A stretch of 64,000 bases of DNA from Candidatus Latescibacterota bacterium. GTDB taxonomy: Bacteria > Latescibacterota > UBA2968. Made by a program: the position numbers and the translations under genes. The DNA is taken from positions 1,472,001-1,536,000 of the forward strand of contig OZ242010.1 of assembly GCA_965204745.1 (NCBI GenBank), given 5' to 3'. Of the stretch, positions 46,576 to 56,215 are shown one piece after another. Below the pieces are notes generated by a model. The model saw only the letters and a list, made by a program, of their open reading frames with translations, was not told where the DNA came from and made no database searches. Position 1 is the stretch's first letter; each line of letters opens with the position of its first letter.

Positions 46576-46590
46576 ACAAAGGGCTTTGCC

Positions 46591-47181
46591 ATGTCGCCAC
46601 GCACCGCACACATCCAGCGCGAAACCTCGGAAACCGACATCGACCTGTCGCTCACCCTCGACGGGCAAGGCGATTCCAACATCCAAACGGGCATCGGCTT
46701 TTTCGATCACATGCTCACCGCCCTGGCCCGCCACGCCTTGCTCGACCTCGACATCACCTGCAAAGGCGACCTCGAAATCGACGCCCATCACACGGTCGAA
46801 GACGTGGGCATCTGCTTGGGCCGCGCCTTGGCAGCCGCCTTGGGGCCCAAAACAGGCATCGCCCGATTCGGTTCGGCGTATGTGCCGATGGACGAGGCCC
46901 TCGCCCGCGCTGTGGTCGATCTCTCGGGCCGCGCTTGCATCATCTATCGCGCCGCCTTTGCCGAAGAGCGCATCGGCGCGTTCCCCACGGCGCTCGGCCT
47001 GGAATTTTTCACCGCCTTCGCCCACAATGCCCATTTGACTCTGCACATCGACCTCTTGCGCTACACCAACGCCCATCACGGCATGGAAGCCATCTTCAAA
47101 GCCGTCGCCCGCGCCCTGCGACAAGCCATCGCCCTCGACCATCGCATCAGCGGCATCCCCTCGACCAAGGGAAGCCTTTAG
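46591..47181 (+). CDS. hisB: Imidazoleglycerol-phosphate dehydratase
   Basis: RETSETDI, TGIGFFDHML, DAHHTVED, PMDEAL, NAHHGMEAIFKA, IPSTKG. Confidence 0.98.
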   Translation: MSPRTAHIQRETSETDIDLSLTLDGQGDSNIQTGIGFFDHMLTALARHALLDLDITCKGDLEIDAHHTVEDVGICLGRALAAALGPKTGIARFGSAYVPMDEALARAVVDLSGRACIIYRAAFAEERIGAFPTALGLEFFTAFAHNAHLTLHIDLLRYTNAHHGMEAIFKAVARALRQAIALDHRISGIPSTKGSL

Positions 47182-47336
47182 CGCGTATAACATGAACATC
47201 CTACACCTTGCCTCTTGCTTCTTACCTCTTACCTCTTACCTCTTACCTCTTACCTCTTACCTCTTGCCTCTTACCTCTTGCCTCTTGCCTCTTACCTCTT
47301 GCCTACTTTAGCGCGTATAACATGAACATCCTACAC
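47176..47336 (+). repeat. Heptamer array (CTTACCT/CTTGCCT x14) flanked by a perfect 31-bp direct repeat
   Basis: CTTTAGCGCGTATAACATGAACATCCTACAC at 47176-47206 and 47306-47336. Confidence 0.93.
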
Positions 47337-48431
47337 ACCATATACGACGATCCCAACAACCCATGGTGCGGGGGCGGGGGTGCGATTCGCACCTGGGAAA
47401 TATCCCGTCGCCTCGCGCACAAACACCAAATCACCATTTTGACCGGCGCGTATCCCAACGCGCCCAAAGAAGAAATCAGAGATGGCGTACACATCCGCCG
47501 CTTGGGTTCGGGCCGCTCGTATCTCTTGAGTCGCATGAGCTTCGCTTGCCTGGCGTCCCGAGAAATCGCCCGCATCCGCACGGACCTCTGGGTGCATCAA
47601 TTCTCGGCCTTTGCCCCGCTCTGCGTATCCGCCGAGCAAAGGCGCGATGGCCTCCTCGAATTTTCCCATTTCATGGGCGACCACGCCATAGAAAAATATC
47701 CCTTGCTCGGCCACATCGCCCGCAAAGCCGAACGCCGCGCCCTTCGCCTTCACCCTCACATTCTGACCGTCTCGCCCACGGCAAGGCATCAACTTGAAGA
47801 ACGCCTGCCTAACAATAAGAACGACACGCAATTTTACCTCGTGTACAACGGCGTGGATCAACTCTGCTTTGACGCGCCCTGGGGAGAACGCGATTACATC
47901 CTGTATTTTGGTCGCTTGGACATTCACAACAAAGGCATCGACATACTCCTGTCCGCCTTTGCCAAAACCCGTGCTGATATTCGCCTCGTCCTCGCGGGCA
48001 AGGGAACGCCCCAACGCCAGCGCGAATTGCGAGCGATGGCCGATGCGCTCGACATCGCAAACCGCCTCGAATTGACCGGGCCTGTCACCCCCGAACAAAA
48101 AAACGACCTCATCGGCAATGCCCTTTTTGTGTGCATCCCCTCGCGCTACGAAGGCTGGGGCATCGTCGCCATTGAAGCAGGCGCCGCGGCCAAAGCCGTC
48201 ATCGGCACAAACATCCCCGGGCTGGCAGACGCAATTCGCCCGGATGAAACCGGCCTCCTCGTTCCTCCGGAAAATCCCGACGCCCTCGCCCGAGCCATTG
48301 AACGCCTGCTCAACGATGCCCCTCTGCGCCAACGCCTGGGCCGCGCCGGGCGCGCCTGGGCCGAGCGATTCACCTGGGATCGCACCGCCGAAAACCAAGA
48401 GCGCATCTACCTAAAAGTCGCCAATGCCTAA
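47322..48431 (+). CDS. Glycosyltransferase family 4
   Basis: GGGAIRT, VYNGVD, YFGRLDIHNKG, PSRYEGWGIVAIEA, ETGLLVPP, FTWD. Confidence 0.92.
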   Translation: MNILHTIYDDPNNPWCGGGGAIRTWEISRRLAHKHQITILTGAYPNAPKEEIRDGVHIRRLGSGRSYLLSRMSFACLASREIARIRTDLWVHQFSAFAPLCVSAEQRRDGLLEFSHFMGDHAIEKYPLLGHIARKAERRALRLHPHILTVSPTARHQLEERLPNNKNDTQFYLVYNGVDQLCFDAPWGERDYILYFGRLDIHNKGIDILLSAFAKTRADIRLVLAGKGTPQRQRELRAMADALDIANRLELTGPVTPEQKNDLIGNALFVCIPSRYEGWGIVAIEAGAAAKAVIGTNIPGLADAIRPDETGLLVPPENPDALARAIERLLNDAPLRQRLGRAGRAWAERFTWDRTAENQERIYLKVANA

Positions 48432-49938
48432 CATGAACAAAACAATCGATCAACCACGCCATCTCTTCCTCTTCTTGATCTGCATCTACACCCTCACCGC
48501 AGGCGGGCATTATGGCGGCGATGGGTTTTGGCATTACCTCACCGCGCAAAGCCTCGTGCGCGATGGGGACCTCATCGTCGCCGATGAGACCTTCGCCATG
48601 CCCGAAATGCAACACACCTACGAGGCGGTCACAGCTTCGGGACACCGATACTCCAAATACGGCCTTGGCATGTCCCTCGCAGAAGTGCCCTTGTACGCCG
48701 TCGGCCTCCTCCTCGTCGATCGCTTTCCCCATATCCCCGCGGACTATCTCACCATGTTCACCACCTCCATGACCAACGTGCTCATCTCCGCACTGTGGGT
48801 CATCGTCTTCTTCCATGCCCTTCGATCTTACGATTGCGCGCCCTCGACAATCCGATGGCTCACAGGTGCGTTTGCCTTCGGCACAATGGTCTTTCCCTAC
48901 GCGGGATATGGCTTTTCAGAACCCCTCGTCGGCCTGGGCTTGCTCATCGCAATCCACGGCCTCACCAAGCGCGATCCCTCGCCTCTCCTCGCGGGTATGG
49001 GGTTTGGGATCGCGATCCTCACCAAATCGTACATGGTCGTCCTGTTGCCGGTTCTGCTCCTCTATCTGCGCCGCAACAAATGGGACATCTATCGCGTCGG
49101 CGTCTTTTTAGCACCTATCGCCGCAACCTGTCTCCTGATCGCGTACCACAACCACCTGCGCTATGGCAGCATTTTTTTAGCCGGGTATCACCTCGGAGAC
49201 CTCGCCCTAAAAGGGGGCTATTTCACCTTTTTGGTCACGCAATTCGCCACCGCCTTTTACGGCTTGCTCTTCAGTACAGGGCGCGGTCTCATCTTCTTTT
49301 TTTCCCTGATCTGCCTCTTTCCCATCGCCTATTTGAAATTCCGATCATCGCATCCCAATGAAGCCCGCCTTTTCCTCGGCCTCATCCTGATGCTATTTGT
49401 CTTTCTGTTGCCCCTGATCTACTGGGACGCCGGCTCGTCTTGGGGGCCGCGTTATCTGTTGCCCATCATGCCCTTTTGCCTGCTCCCCCTCGGCGCACTC
49501 GCCGATCTCAAATGGATCCGCCGCCTCGCCATTCTCGGCTTCCTCGTTCAACTTCCCGCCGTGCTGATGAACCCCCATCTTTTTGTCCGCTTTGTTCAAG
49601 ACAACGAGATCGGCACCACGATCTTTGCACCCCATCAGATGGGCGACCTGCTGTTCTCCCCATACCTATCGCCCATCCTCGGCGGCTACTACCAACTCGC
49701 CTCGGCAGTCTATCGCCTCTTCACCGGGCAGTCGCTCCACTACACCATCCCGTCCTACACAGAGCGTTTTGTCTCTGCATCTTTGGCAAATTACGACCTG
49801 ATCGACATGTGGTGGGTCAACGCCCTCCGCACAAACATGCTCGGCCCAACCATGACCGCGGTGCTCATCTTCTCGGTGATCGGCCTGACGATTCTCGCCA
49901 TATATTCTGCGCGACGAGCAATGCACATAGACAAATAG
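48424..49938 (+). CDS. Multi-TM GT-C-type membrane protein
   Basis: GGDG near the N-terminus, YSKYGLGMS, FSEP, GLLFSTGRGL, WGPRYLLP; about 12 TMs. Confidence 0.7.
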   Translation: MPNMNKTIDQPRHLFLFLICIYTLTAGGHYGGDGFWHYLTAQSLVRDGDLIVADETFAMPEMQHTYEAVTASGHRYSKYGLGMSLAEVPLYAVGLLLVDRFPHIPADYLTMFTTSMTNVLISALWVIVFFHALRSYDCAPSTIRWLTGAFAFGTMVFPYAGYGFSEPLVGLGLLIAIHGLTKRDPSPLLAGMGFGIAILTKSYMVVLLPVLLLYLRRNKWDIYRVGVFLAPIAATCLLIAYHNHLRYGSIFLAGYHLGDLALKGGYFTFLVTQFATAFYGLLFSTGRGLIFFFSLICLFPIAYLKFRSSHPNEARLFLGLILMLFVFLLPLIYWDAGSSWGPRYLLPIMPFCLLPLGALADLKWIRRLAILGFLVQLPAVLMNPHLFVRFVQDNEIGTTIFAPHQMGDLLFSPYLSPILGGYYQLASAVYRLFTGQSLHYTIPSYTERFVSASLANYDLIDMWWVNALRTNMLGPTMTAVLIFSVIGLTILAIYSARRAMHIDK

Positions 49939-50110
49939 ACGGAGTGGGGTACAACTGGCCGGGGGGCAGTGGTCAGTCCGCCCCGCCCAACCCCCTTCGG
50001 TGAGACGTAAGACGGGAGAGGCAAGAGGCAACCCCGCCCCCAAAACCCGTACAAACAACTGAGTCGTATCCCTGTCCCCCGTTCCGCCGATTCGTAGATT
50101 CGTGCAACAC

Positions 50111-50139
50111 TTGACGCAACACATGGTTTGATGTATAGA
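50111..50139 (+). promoter_or_regulatory. Putative sigma70 promoter of the ATPase-HNH operon
   Basis: TTGACG-17-TATAGA; direct repeat GCAACAC on both sides of the -35 box. Confidence 0.6.
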
Positions 50140-50198
50140 TTGCCATCACGGGGCGACGCGCTTTTGATCGCCCAACACAAGACACGGGAGGTAAGCTC

Positions 50199-51500
50199 AT
50201 GAAATTGAAATCTGTGAAAATTGAAAATTACCGCGCCATTGAAAAACTCGAGCTACCGCTCGACCCATCGCTGACGGTCTTTCACGGGGCCAATGGGTGC
50301 GGCAAAACGAGCGTTCTGAGCGCGATTGCGGTGGGGGTGGGGGATATGATGGGAGCTTTGCTCGATGAATCGACCATTGATTTCTGCGAGGAGGATTGGC
50401 GCAAGGGTGCGGGGCCGCCGGGGGTCTGCGTTTCTAGAGCCGATAGACATGGAGAAGTTACATGGGAACGGCGTGAGGATGAGCAGACGGACGAGGAGTC
50501 GAAAGAGCAGAGGCGGGGTCTGTTGAGGGACAAAGACAGACGAAAATATCTGGATGAGGCCCTTCGTACGAATCAAAACGAGATGCCGATAGTCGCCTTT
50601 TACGATACGGATCGCACGGCCTCGGGGATGCCGGAGGTGTCGAACGATCCCAGGGATATTCGCAAATTTTCACGTTTGGCCGCACTGGAGGGAGCATTGG
50701 CCGCTCGCACGGATTTTGAGGCTCTCTTCGCTTGGTTCTATGCCAAAGAGGACGAGGAGTTGCGGGCGCAAAAGGCGAGGCGCGATTTCGATTATCAGCT
50801 AGAGGATTTGTCCGCGGTTCGCCGAGCGATTTCGGCCATGCTTCCGGAAGTATCCGATCCGCGCTTCGAGTTGAATCCGATCCGTTTCGTCGTATCCTTA
50901 GGGCCAAAGCAGGGCCAATCGGCAGAACTCTCGCTCGACCAGTTGAGCGGTGGCTATCGCATCGTGCTGGCACTCGCGGCTGATTTGGCGCGGCGAATGG
51001 CGCAGGGCAATCCGCATTTGGACGATCCCCTCGAATCCGAAGCGGTTGTGCTGATCGACGAAATCGAACTCCACTTGCATCCGGCCTGGCAACAGCGCGT
51101 CTTGGGCGACCTGCGGCGGACCTTCCCGAATACGCAGTTCATCGTCTCGACCCACAGCCCCCAAGTGCTGACCACGGTCAAGCCGCAACACATCGTGGAA
51201 CTGCATCGGGATGGCGACCTCATTGAGGCAGGCGCACCAGCAGGAGCGACTTATGGCGCCGAAGCCGGGGATGTTCTCTCCGTCGTGATGGGCGTAAATG
51301 AACGACCGCCCGAGAACGAATTCACAAAAGCATTGGAACAATACCGCCATCTGATCAGAGAGGGGCAGTGGGCGTCGAAAAAAGCCTTGGCTCTGCGGAA
51401 GAAACTCAAGCGCATGTCTCCAGATGACCCGGCTCTCGATAGGGCCAACCTCGAGATCAAGCGGCGCGAGCTGTTCGATCAGATGGCGAAATCGCAATGA
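50199..51500 (+). CDS. ABC/AAA_21 ATPase, PtuA-like defence ATPase
   Basis: KIENYRAI, HGANGCGKTS, LDQLSGGYR, LIDEIELHLHPAWQQ, FPNTQFIVSTHSPQV; AQGNP signature. Confidence 0.85.
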   Translation: MKLKSVKIENYRAIEKLELPLDPSLTVFHGANGCGKTSVLSAIAVGVGDMMGALLDESTIDFCEEDWRKGAGPPGVCVSRADRHGEVTWERREDEQTDEESKEQRRGLLRDKDRRKYLDEALRTNQNEMPIVAFYDTDRTASGMPEVSNDPRDIRKFSRLAALEGALAARTDFEALFAWFYAKEDEELRAQKARRDFDYQLEDLSAVRRAISAMLPEVSDPRFELNPIRFVVSLGPKQGQSAELSLDQLSGGYRIVLALAADLARRMAQGNPHLDDPLESEAVVLIDEIELHLHPAWQQRVLGDLRRTFPNTQFIVSTHSPQVLTTVKPQHIVELHRDGDLIEAGAPAGATYGAEAGDVLSVVMGVNERPPENEFTKALEQYRHLIREGQWASKKALALRKKLKRMSPDDPALDRANLEIKRRELFDQMAKSQ

Positions 51501-52234
51501 AGACCATCCGCAAATTGAACGCGCCTACTCCCGGCCTCGCCGAATACCTCAATGCTGTGGGCGCCAACGCGAATTGGAACGAATTTCGATCTCACAATGC
51601 GGGCGCGGCGTACCGTGAACTCAGAGATGCTCTCATCCAAAACCAACACGGACTTTGCGCCTACTGCGAGATCGAGATCAAAGAACGGCGGCTTCAGGTT
51701 GAGCATGTGATCCCGCAAAGCAGTGATAGGACGAAGTCCCTCGACATAGCCAACATGGTCGCCTGCTGTCTGGGTGGAACTAGGCCGATGCGTGATGAAG
51801 ATCATTATCGTATGCCCGTGAAACACAACCTGAGTTGTGGTCAGACGAAGGGAAATCAGATCGACAAAAACTTTCTTGACCCCCGGATACTCCCCGCGTT
51901 GCCATCGCTTATGCGGGTGATTGACAACGGACTGATTGAAGCAGACGAAAATGCCTGCCAACGGGCCGGTTTTTTCCCCGACCATGTGACCCGCACCATT
52001 GAAATTTTGAACCTCAACGCAGAACGGCTCCGGTTGGCGCGGGAAAAACGGTGGAATGGTCTCGAAGAAGAATTGGGACAAATTGACGATTCAGATATGA
52101 TGAATGATTGGATACGCTCCGTGCTGATACCGGACGCAGACGACTTGTTGGTCTCCTTTTTTACGACGAGCCGGTGCTACTTTGGCCCACTCGGCGAGCG
52201 CGTTCTCGCACGACAACCTCAAACTTGGATATAA
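51497..52234 (+). CDS. HNH endonuclease, PtuB / retron-effector (TIGR02646-like)
   Basis: LIQNQHGLCAYCE, VEHVIPQS, NMVACC, SCGQTKG, TIEILNLNAERLRLAR; ATGA overlap with the ATPase. Confidence 0.85.
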   Translation: MKTIRKLNAPTPGLAEYLNAVGANANWNEFRSHNAGAAYRELRDALIQNQHGLCAYCEIEIKERRLQVEHVIPQSSDRTKSLDIANMVACCLGGTRPMRDEDHYRMPVKHNLSCGQTKGNQIDKNFLDPRILPALPSLMRVIDNGLIEADENACQRAGFFPDHVTRTIEILNLNAERLRLAREKRWNGLEEELGQIDDSDMMNDWIRSVLIPDADDLLVSFFTTSRCYFGPLGERVLARQPQTWI

Positions 52235-52237
52235 ACC

Positions 52238-54634
52238 ATGCCTGCTTCCCGTCGGGCCTCGCGGCCAAAACGCACATCTGGCGCAGGTGCTGAAAAGCCC
52301 AAAGTCGGTATCGCCACCATCCTGTCTCGCGCTTGGGTGCCCGTGGTCTTCTTCGCCTTGCTCGCGGTGGGTTATTTTTATCACCTCGTTTTTACGGGCG
52401 ATATGATCCTCGGCAGCGACACCGGCACAGAATTTCACAGAGGCAACGAACCCTTTGTCGAGGCCCTCGGCAAATTGCGCCCTGCCAACTGGAGCCGATT
52501 CATGGGCGGCCTCCCGGAATCCGCCGGGCTCCGGGCGCGGTATTATCCCCTCGTCGTCATCGACCTCTTCACGAGTGAGCACCGCTATTTTGGCTGGCGT
52601 TACGTCTTCGCCATGTTCACCGCGGGCTATTTCACCTTTCTCTGCGTCCGCAACCTGGGGCTACATCCGCTCGCCGCGCTCATCGCAGGGGCCGCGTACG
52701 CGTCTGCCCCCGCGTTCCTCTCGTTCTCGCTCGCCGGTCACTATGCAAAAATGACGGTCATCGGCCTTTTCCCGCTCATGTACTGGGCACTGGGCAAAGG
52801 CATGGACACGCGCCGCGTCATCTACTTTCTCATCCTCGGCGGCACAGTCGGCATCGCCATCTACAGCCCGCACCTCCAAATGGCCTACTTCGCCCTGTGG
52901 GCACTCGGCCTGCTGTTCCTGTACAAACTCATCGCGCACTATCGCGCAACGCGAAAGACCGCGACCGCGCTGTCTCAAACCCTCCTCTCCGCAGGCGCGA
53001 TCTGTCTGGGCCTCGCCATAGGCGCGGAGGGATTGTTTCCGCAATATTGGAACACCCGAACATCGTCAAAACGCGCTGTTCAGGCGCGAGCCGACGCGGA
53101 CGCAGGGTATGAATTTGCCGCATCGTGGTCCCTCCATCCCGAAGAAATTTTCGCCCTCGTCATCCCCGAATTTGGCGGCTTTGACACGGAAAACCATCGA
53201 TACTGGGGCCGCAATCCCTTCAAAATCAACTCGGAATACGTCGGCATCGTCCCGCTCTTTTTTGCCATCATCGCCCTAGCGCACATTCGCAAACAATCGC
53301 ACATCGCATTTCTGATCGGCCTTTTCGCGCTCGCAGTTGCCTACGCGCTTGGCCCACACACCCCCGTGCATAAGTTCTGTTACCATCTCATACCGGGGGT
53401 CAATGTCTTGCGCGCGCCCGGCATGATCGCCTTCCTCTTTTCGTTTGCCTTATGCGTACTCGCCGCTCATGGCGTCCACCGTCTCATAACCGACGACATC
53501 GCGCCCGAATCGGCGAAGAGAATCGGCATCGCCGGGGGGATATGCACCGCAGTCCTCCTCCTATTCGCCTTTGCCCCGGCCATCCTCCTATCCCTGTGGC
53601 AAAGCACCATTTGGACAGACATGCCCGCCGCCCGGCAACAAATCGCACAGGCGAGTCTATCGCAGGTGGGAACGGGTGCCCTGCTCGCCGCGCTCTTTGT
53701 CGGCGTGCTCACCGCGCTCTCGTACCGCCGCGTGCAAAACAAACTCCCCCTTCACACCTTTGCCCTCATCATCCTGATCGTCATTCTCATCGACACCTGG
53801 CGCGTCGACAAACTATTTCTCGCGTATGCCGATCCCAATCGCTTTCTCCCGGAAGAGCGCGTCAACGCAGATGCGGTCGCTTTCCTAAAGCGGGACGACA
53901 GCCTCTTCCGCGTACTCGCGCTTCCCAATCGCAACGCCATGCCCTTGCCCGGCATCGACCTCGTCACCGGATTCCACGACTTTGCCATCAGGCGTTATGA
54001 CGACATCCTCAAATCAAACGCAATCGCCGATCCCGCAATCCTCAACCTGCTCAACACCAAATACATCGTCGCGGCAGACGAATTTGACACCGCCCAATTT
54101 GAAAAAGTCGCCGGCCGGCAGGGATTGCACATCTACCGCAATCCCCAGGCATTCCCGTGGTTCTATCTCGTGCCCCAATACGACATCGTGCCCGACGAAG
54201 CCGCGATCCTCCAAAAACTGCGCGATCCAAACGCCCAACCCAGGCGAACCGCCCTCATCGAACGAGACCCCGGCATCGCGGGCGACCCCCATGCAACTGA
54301 CGCGGGCACAGTCCAACGCCTCGACTACGATGAACGCCGGGGCTATCTCAAACTCAAAACACAGGCGGCGGGTGCGCGCATCCTCGTCATCTCGCAAAAC
54401 CACCACCCCAACTGGCACGCCACCGTCAATGGCGAACCCAAACCGCTCATCCGCGCCAATTATCTGTGGACCGCTGTCGCGCTCGCGCCTGGGGAACACA
54501 TCGTAGAACTCGCGTACCGCGACCCCATCCTCGCCATCGCGCGCTGGATCTCCCTGGGCGGCGTTGCCATCTTCATCGCCGCAACCGCGCTGTGCATTCG
54601 CAAAACCCCTGGAGCAACCGACAATGCCAAATGA
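52238..54634 (+). CDS. YfhO-family membrane protein (GT-C-like)
   Basis: WSRFMGGLP, HLQMAYF, SWSLHPEE, YWGRNPF, YVG, ILNLLNTKYI, HPNWHATVNG, LAPGEHIVELAY. Confidence 0.85.
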   Translation: MPASRRASRPKRTSGAGAEKPKVGIATILSRAWVPVVFFALLAVGYFYHLVFTGDMILGSDTGTEFHRGNEPFVEALGKLRPANWSRFMGGLPESAGLRARYYPLVVIDLFTSEHRYFGWRYVFAMFTAGYFTFLCVRNLGLHPLAALIAGAAYASAPAFLSFSLAGHYAKMTVIGLFPLMYWALGKGMDTRRVIYFLILGGTVGIAIYSPHLQMAYFALWALGLLFLYKLIAHYRATRKTATALSQTLLSAGAICLGLAIGAEGLFPQYWNTRTSSKRAVQARADADAGYEFAASWSLHPEEIFALVIPEFGGFDTENHRYWGRNPFKINSEYVGIVPLFFAIIALAHIRKQSHIAFLIGLFALAVAYALGPHTPVHKFCYHLIPGVNVLRAPGMIAFLFSFALCVLAAHGVHRLITDDIAPESAKRIGIAGGICTAVLLLFAFAPAILLSLWQSTIWTDMPAARQQIAQASLSQVGTGALLAALFVGVLTALSYRRVQNKLPLHTFALIILIVILIDTWRVDKLFLAYADPNRFLPEERVNADAVAFLKRDDSLFRVLALPNRNAMPLPGIDLVTGFHDFAIRRYDDILKSNAIADPAILNLLNTKYIVAADEFDTAQFEKVAGRQGLHIYRNPQAFPWFYLVPQYDIVPDEAAILQKLRDPNAQPRRTALIERDPGIAGDPHATDAGTVQRLDYDERRGYLKLKTQAAGARILVISQNHHPNWHATVNGEPKPLIRANYLWTAVALAPGEHIVELAYRDPILAIARWISLGGVAIFIAATALCIRKTPGATDNAK

Positions 54635-56159
54635 AGCGCAGGACGGTCACTCGGCCACGGCCATTCAGCGCATTGCACGCGGCGCGATTCAAACCTTCGG
54701 GAGCACCTATCCCGCGCGGATCATCAACTTTGTCGTCCTCCTCTTTCTCTATCAATTCCTCGTGCCCGAAGATTTTGGCGCGGTCGGCACGGCCTATTCC
54801 CTCCTCGCCTTCGCCATTGCCATCCGCGACTTTGGCTTGCACTTTGCCCTGTTGCACGAACACGACCGGGTCCACGAACTCGCCCCCACGCATTTTGTAC
54901 TCAGCGTCTGCACGGGCAGCATCAGCGCGATCCTCGCCCTGGCTATGGCATTGAGTGCGGGCCGCGCACTCGAATTTGCCCATGCCTTCCCCGCGTACAG
55001 TCCAGACCCCCAAACCTATCCCAAAGTCGCCCTGGCCCTCGCCGTATTGGGGATCTTCGACTTGCTCAGAACCGCGGCCCTCACCGCCGAAGTGCAACTC
55101 CAGCGCGACCTCGCATTTGGTCGCCTGGCCCTTGCACACGCGGGCGGCACCATCCTCGCATCCTTGGTCGGCCTCGGCCTCGCGTACCTCGGCTACGGCA
55201 AATGGGCATTGATCCTCGGGTTTTTTCCATACAGCGTCACCTACATCGTCTTCTACTGTGCGGTCATCTGGCAGCGCCATCCCCCGCCCTTGAACCAACT
55301 ACGCGCCTTTGACCGAGACGCCGCAAAGCGCATGATCCGCTACGGCCTGTGGTTCTGGGTCGGCGGCATCCCCAAGATATTCGTCCACCACTACGACAAA
55401 CTCATCATCAGCGCGTTCTTCGGGTTGCACCTGCGCGGGATATACGACGCCGCGCACAACTTTGCCCAAATCCCCACAGGCGCCATCACCCTGGTCATCG
55501 TGCGGATCACCTGCGCGGTGTACGCGCGCTATCAAAACAGGCGCGACCAACTCTCCGCAGCGTACCGCCGCGCCGTGCGCCTCATCCTCCGCACCACCGT
55601 CCCCATCTCTTTGGTACTCGCGCTCGAATCCAACCGCTGGATCTCGATCTTCAAACCCGAATGGGCGCCGGCCGCGCCACTGCTCCAATGGCTCATCATC
55701 TACTCCCTCTGCCGGCCCGTGCTCGACGACATCCACGCCTTGTTCTACAGCATCGGCGCCCCGAAAAACATCGCGAAATTCGCATCGGTTCAGGCCCTCG
55801 TACTCCTCGTTCTCGCCCCGGTGCTCGGCCACCTCTTGGGCATCGCCGGCATTGCCATCAGCCTCAACGCCGTGGCCGTTATCGGCCTCATCTTCGCGCT
55901 CAGCTTGGCGCGGTCACATGTGGATTTGCCCATCGCCAAAACATTCGCGCCCCCGCTCATCGCCGCGGCCCTTGGCACGGGCCTGCACCTCGCCGCCGCC
56001 GCGTGGCTCGACGCGCTCCCCACATTTATGGGCGTCATCGCAGGCAGCGCGATCTTTGTGATGGGCTATGCCAGCGGCCTGTTCATCGCTGAACGCAAAA
56101 CCCTGCTCCGCGAAATCAAAACCATCATCCACGCGCTCAAACGCCCTCCCACGCCTTGA
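54624..56159 (+). CDS. Oligosaccharide flippase (Wzx/MOP family)
   Basis: LVPEDFG, DFGLHFAL, LQRDLAFGRLA, LAYLGYGKWAL, DKLIISAFFG..GIY; about 13 TMs. Confidence 0.88.
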   Translation: MPNEAQDGHSATAIQRIARGAIQTFGSTYPARIINFVVLLFLYQFLVPEDFGAVGTAYSLLAFAIAIRDFGLHFALLHEHDRVHELAPTHFVLSVCTGSISAILALAMALSAGRALEFAHAFPAYSPDPQTYPKVALALAVLGIFDLLRTAALTAEVQLQRDLAFGRLALAHAGGTILASLVGLGLAYLGYGKWALILGFFPYSVTYIVFYCAVIWQRHPPPLNQLRAFDRDAAKRMIRYGLWFWVGGIPKIFVHHYDKLIISAFFGLHLRGIYDAAHNFAQIPTGAITLVIVRITCAVYARYQNRRDQLSAAYRRAVRLILRTTVPISLVLALESNRWISIFKPEWAPAAPLLQWLIIYSLCRPVLDDIHALFYSIGAPKNIAKFASVQALVLLVLAPVLGHLLGIAGIAISLNAVAVIGLIFALSLARSHVDLPIAKTFAPPLIAAALGTGLHLAAAAWLDALPTFMGVIAGSAIFVMGYASGLFIAERKTLLREIKTIIHALKRPPTP

Positions 56160-56199
56160 CATTTATCCCCATTTCCGATATTATTCCAATCAGAATAAT
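56156..56199 (+). promoter_or_regulatory. Promoter with overlapping palindromic operator
   Basis: TTGACA-17-TATTAT; inverted repeat ATTATTC-N6-GAATAAT (56180-56199). Confidence 0.6.
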
Positions 56200-56215
56200 T
56201 ATGGGGAGAATAATC

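Noticed and set aside
49939-50198. Retron msr-msd ncRNA upstream of the ATPase-HNH pair
   Set aside because: No RT gene, no long a1/a2 inverted repeats, and the promoter leaves only a short leader.
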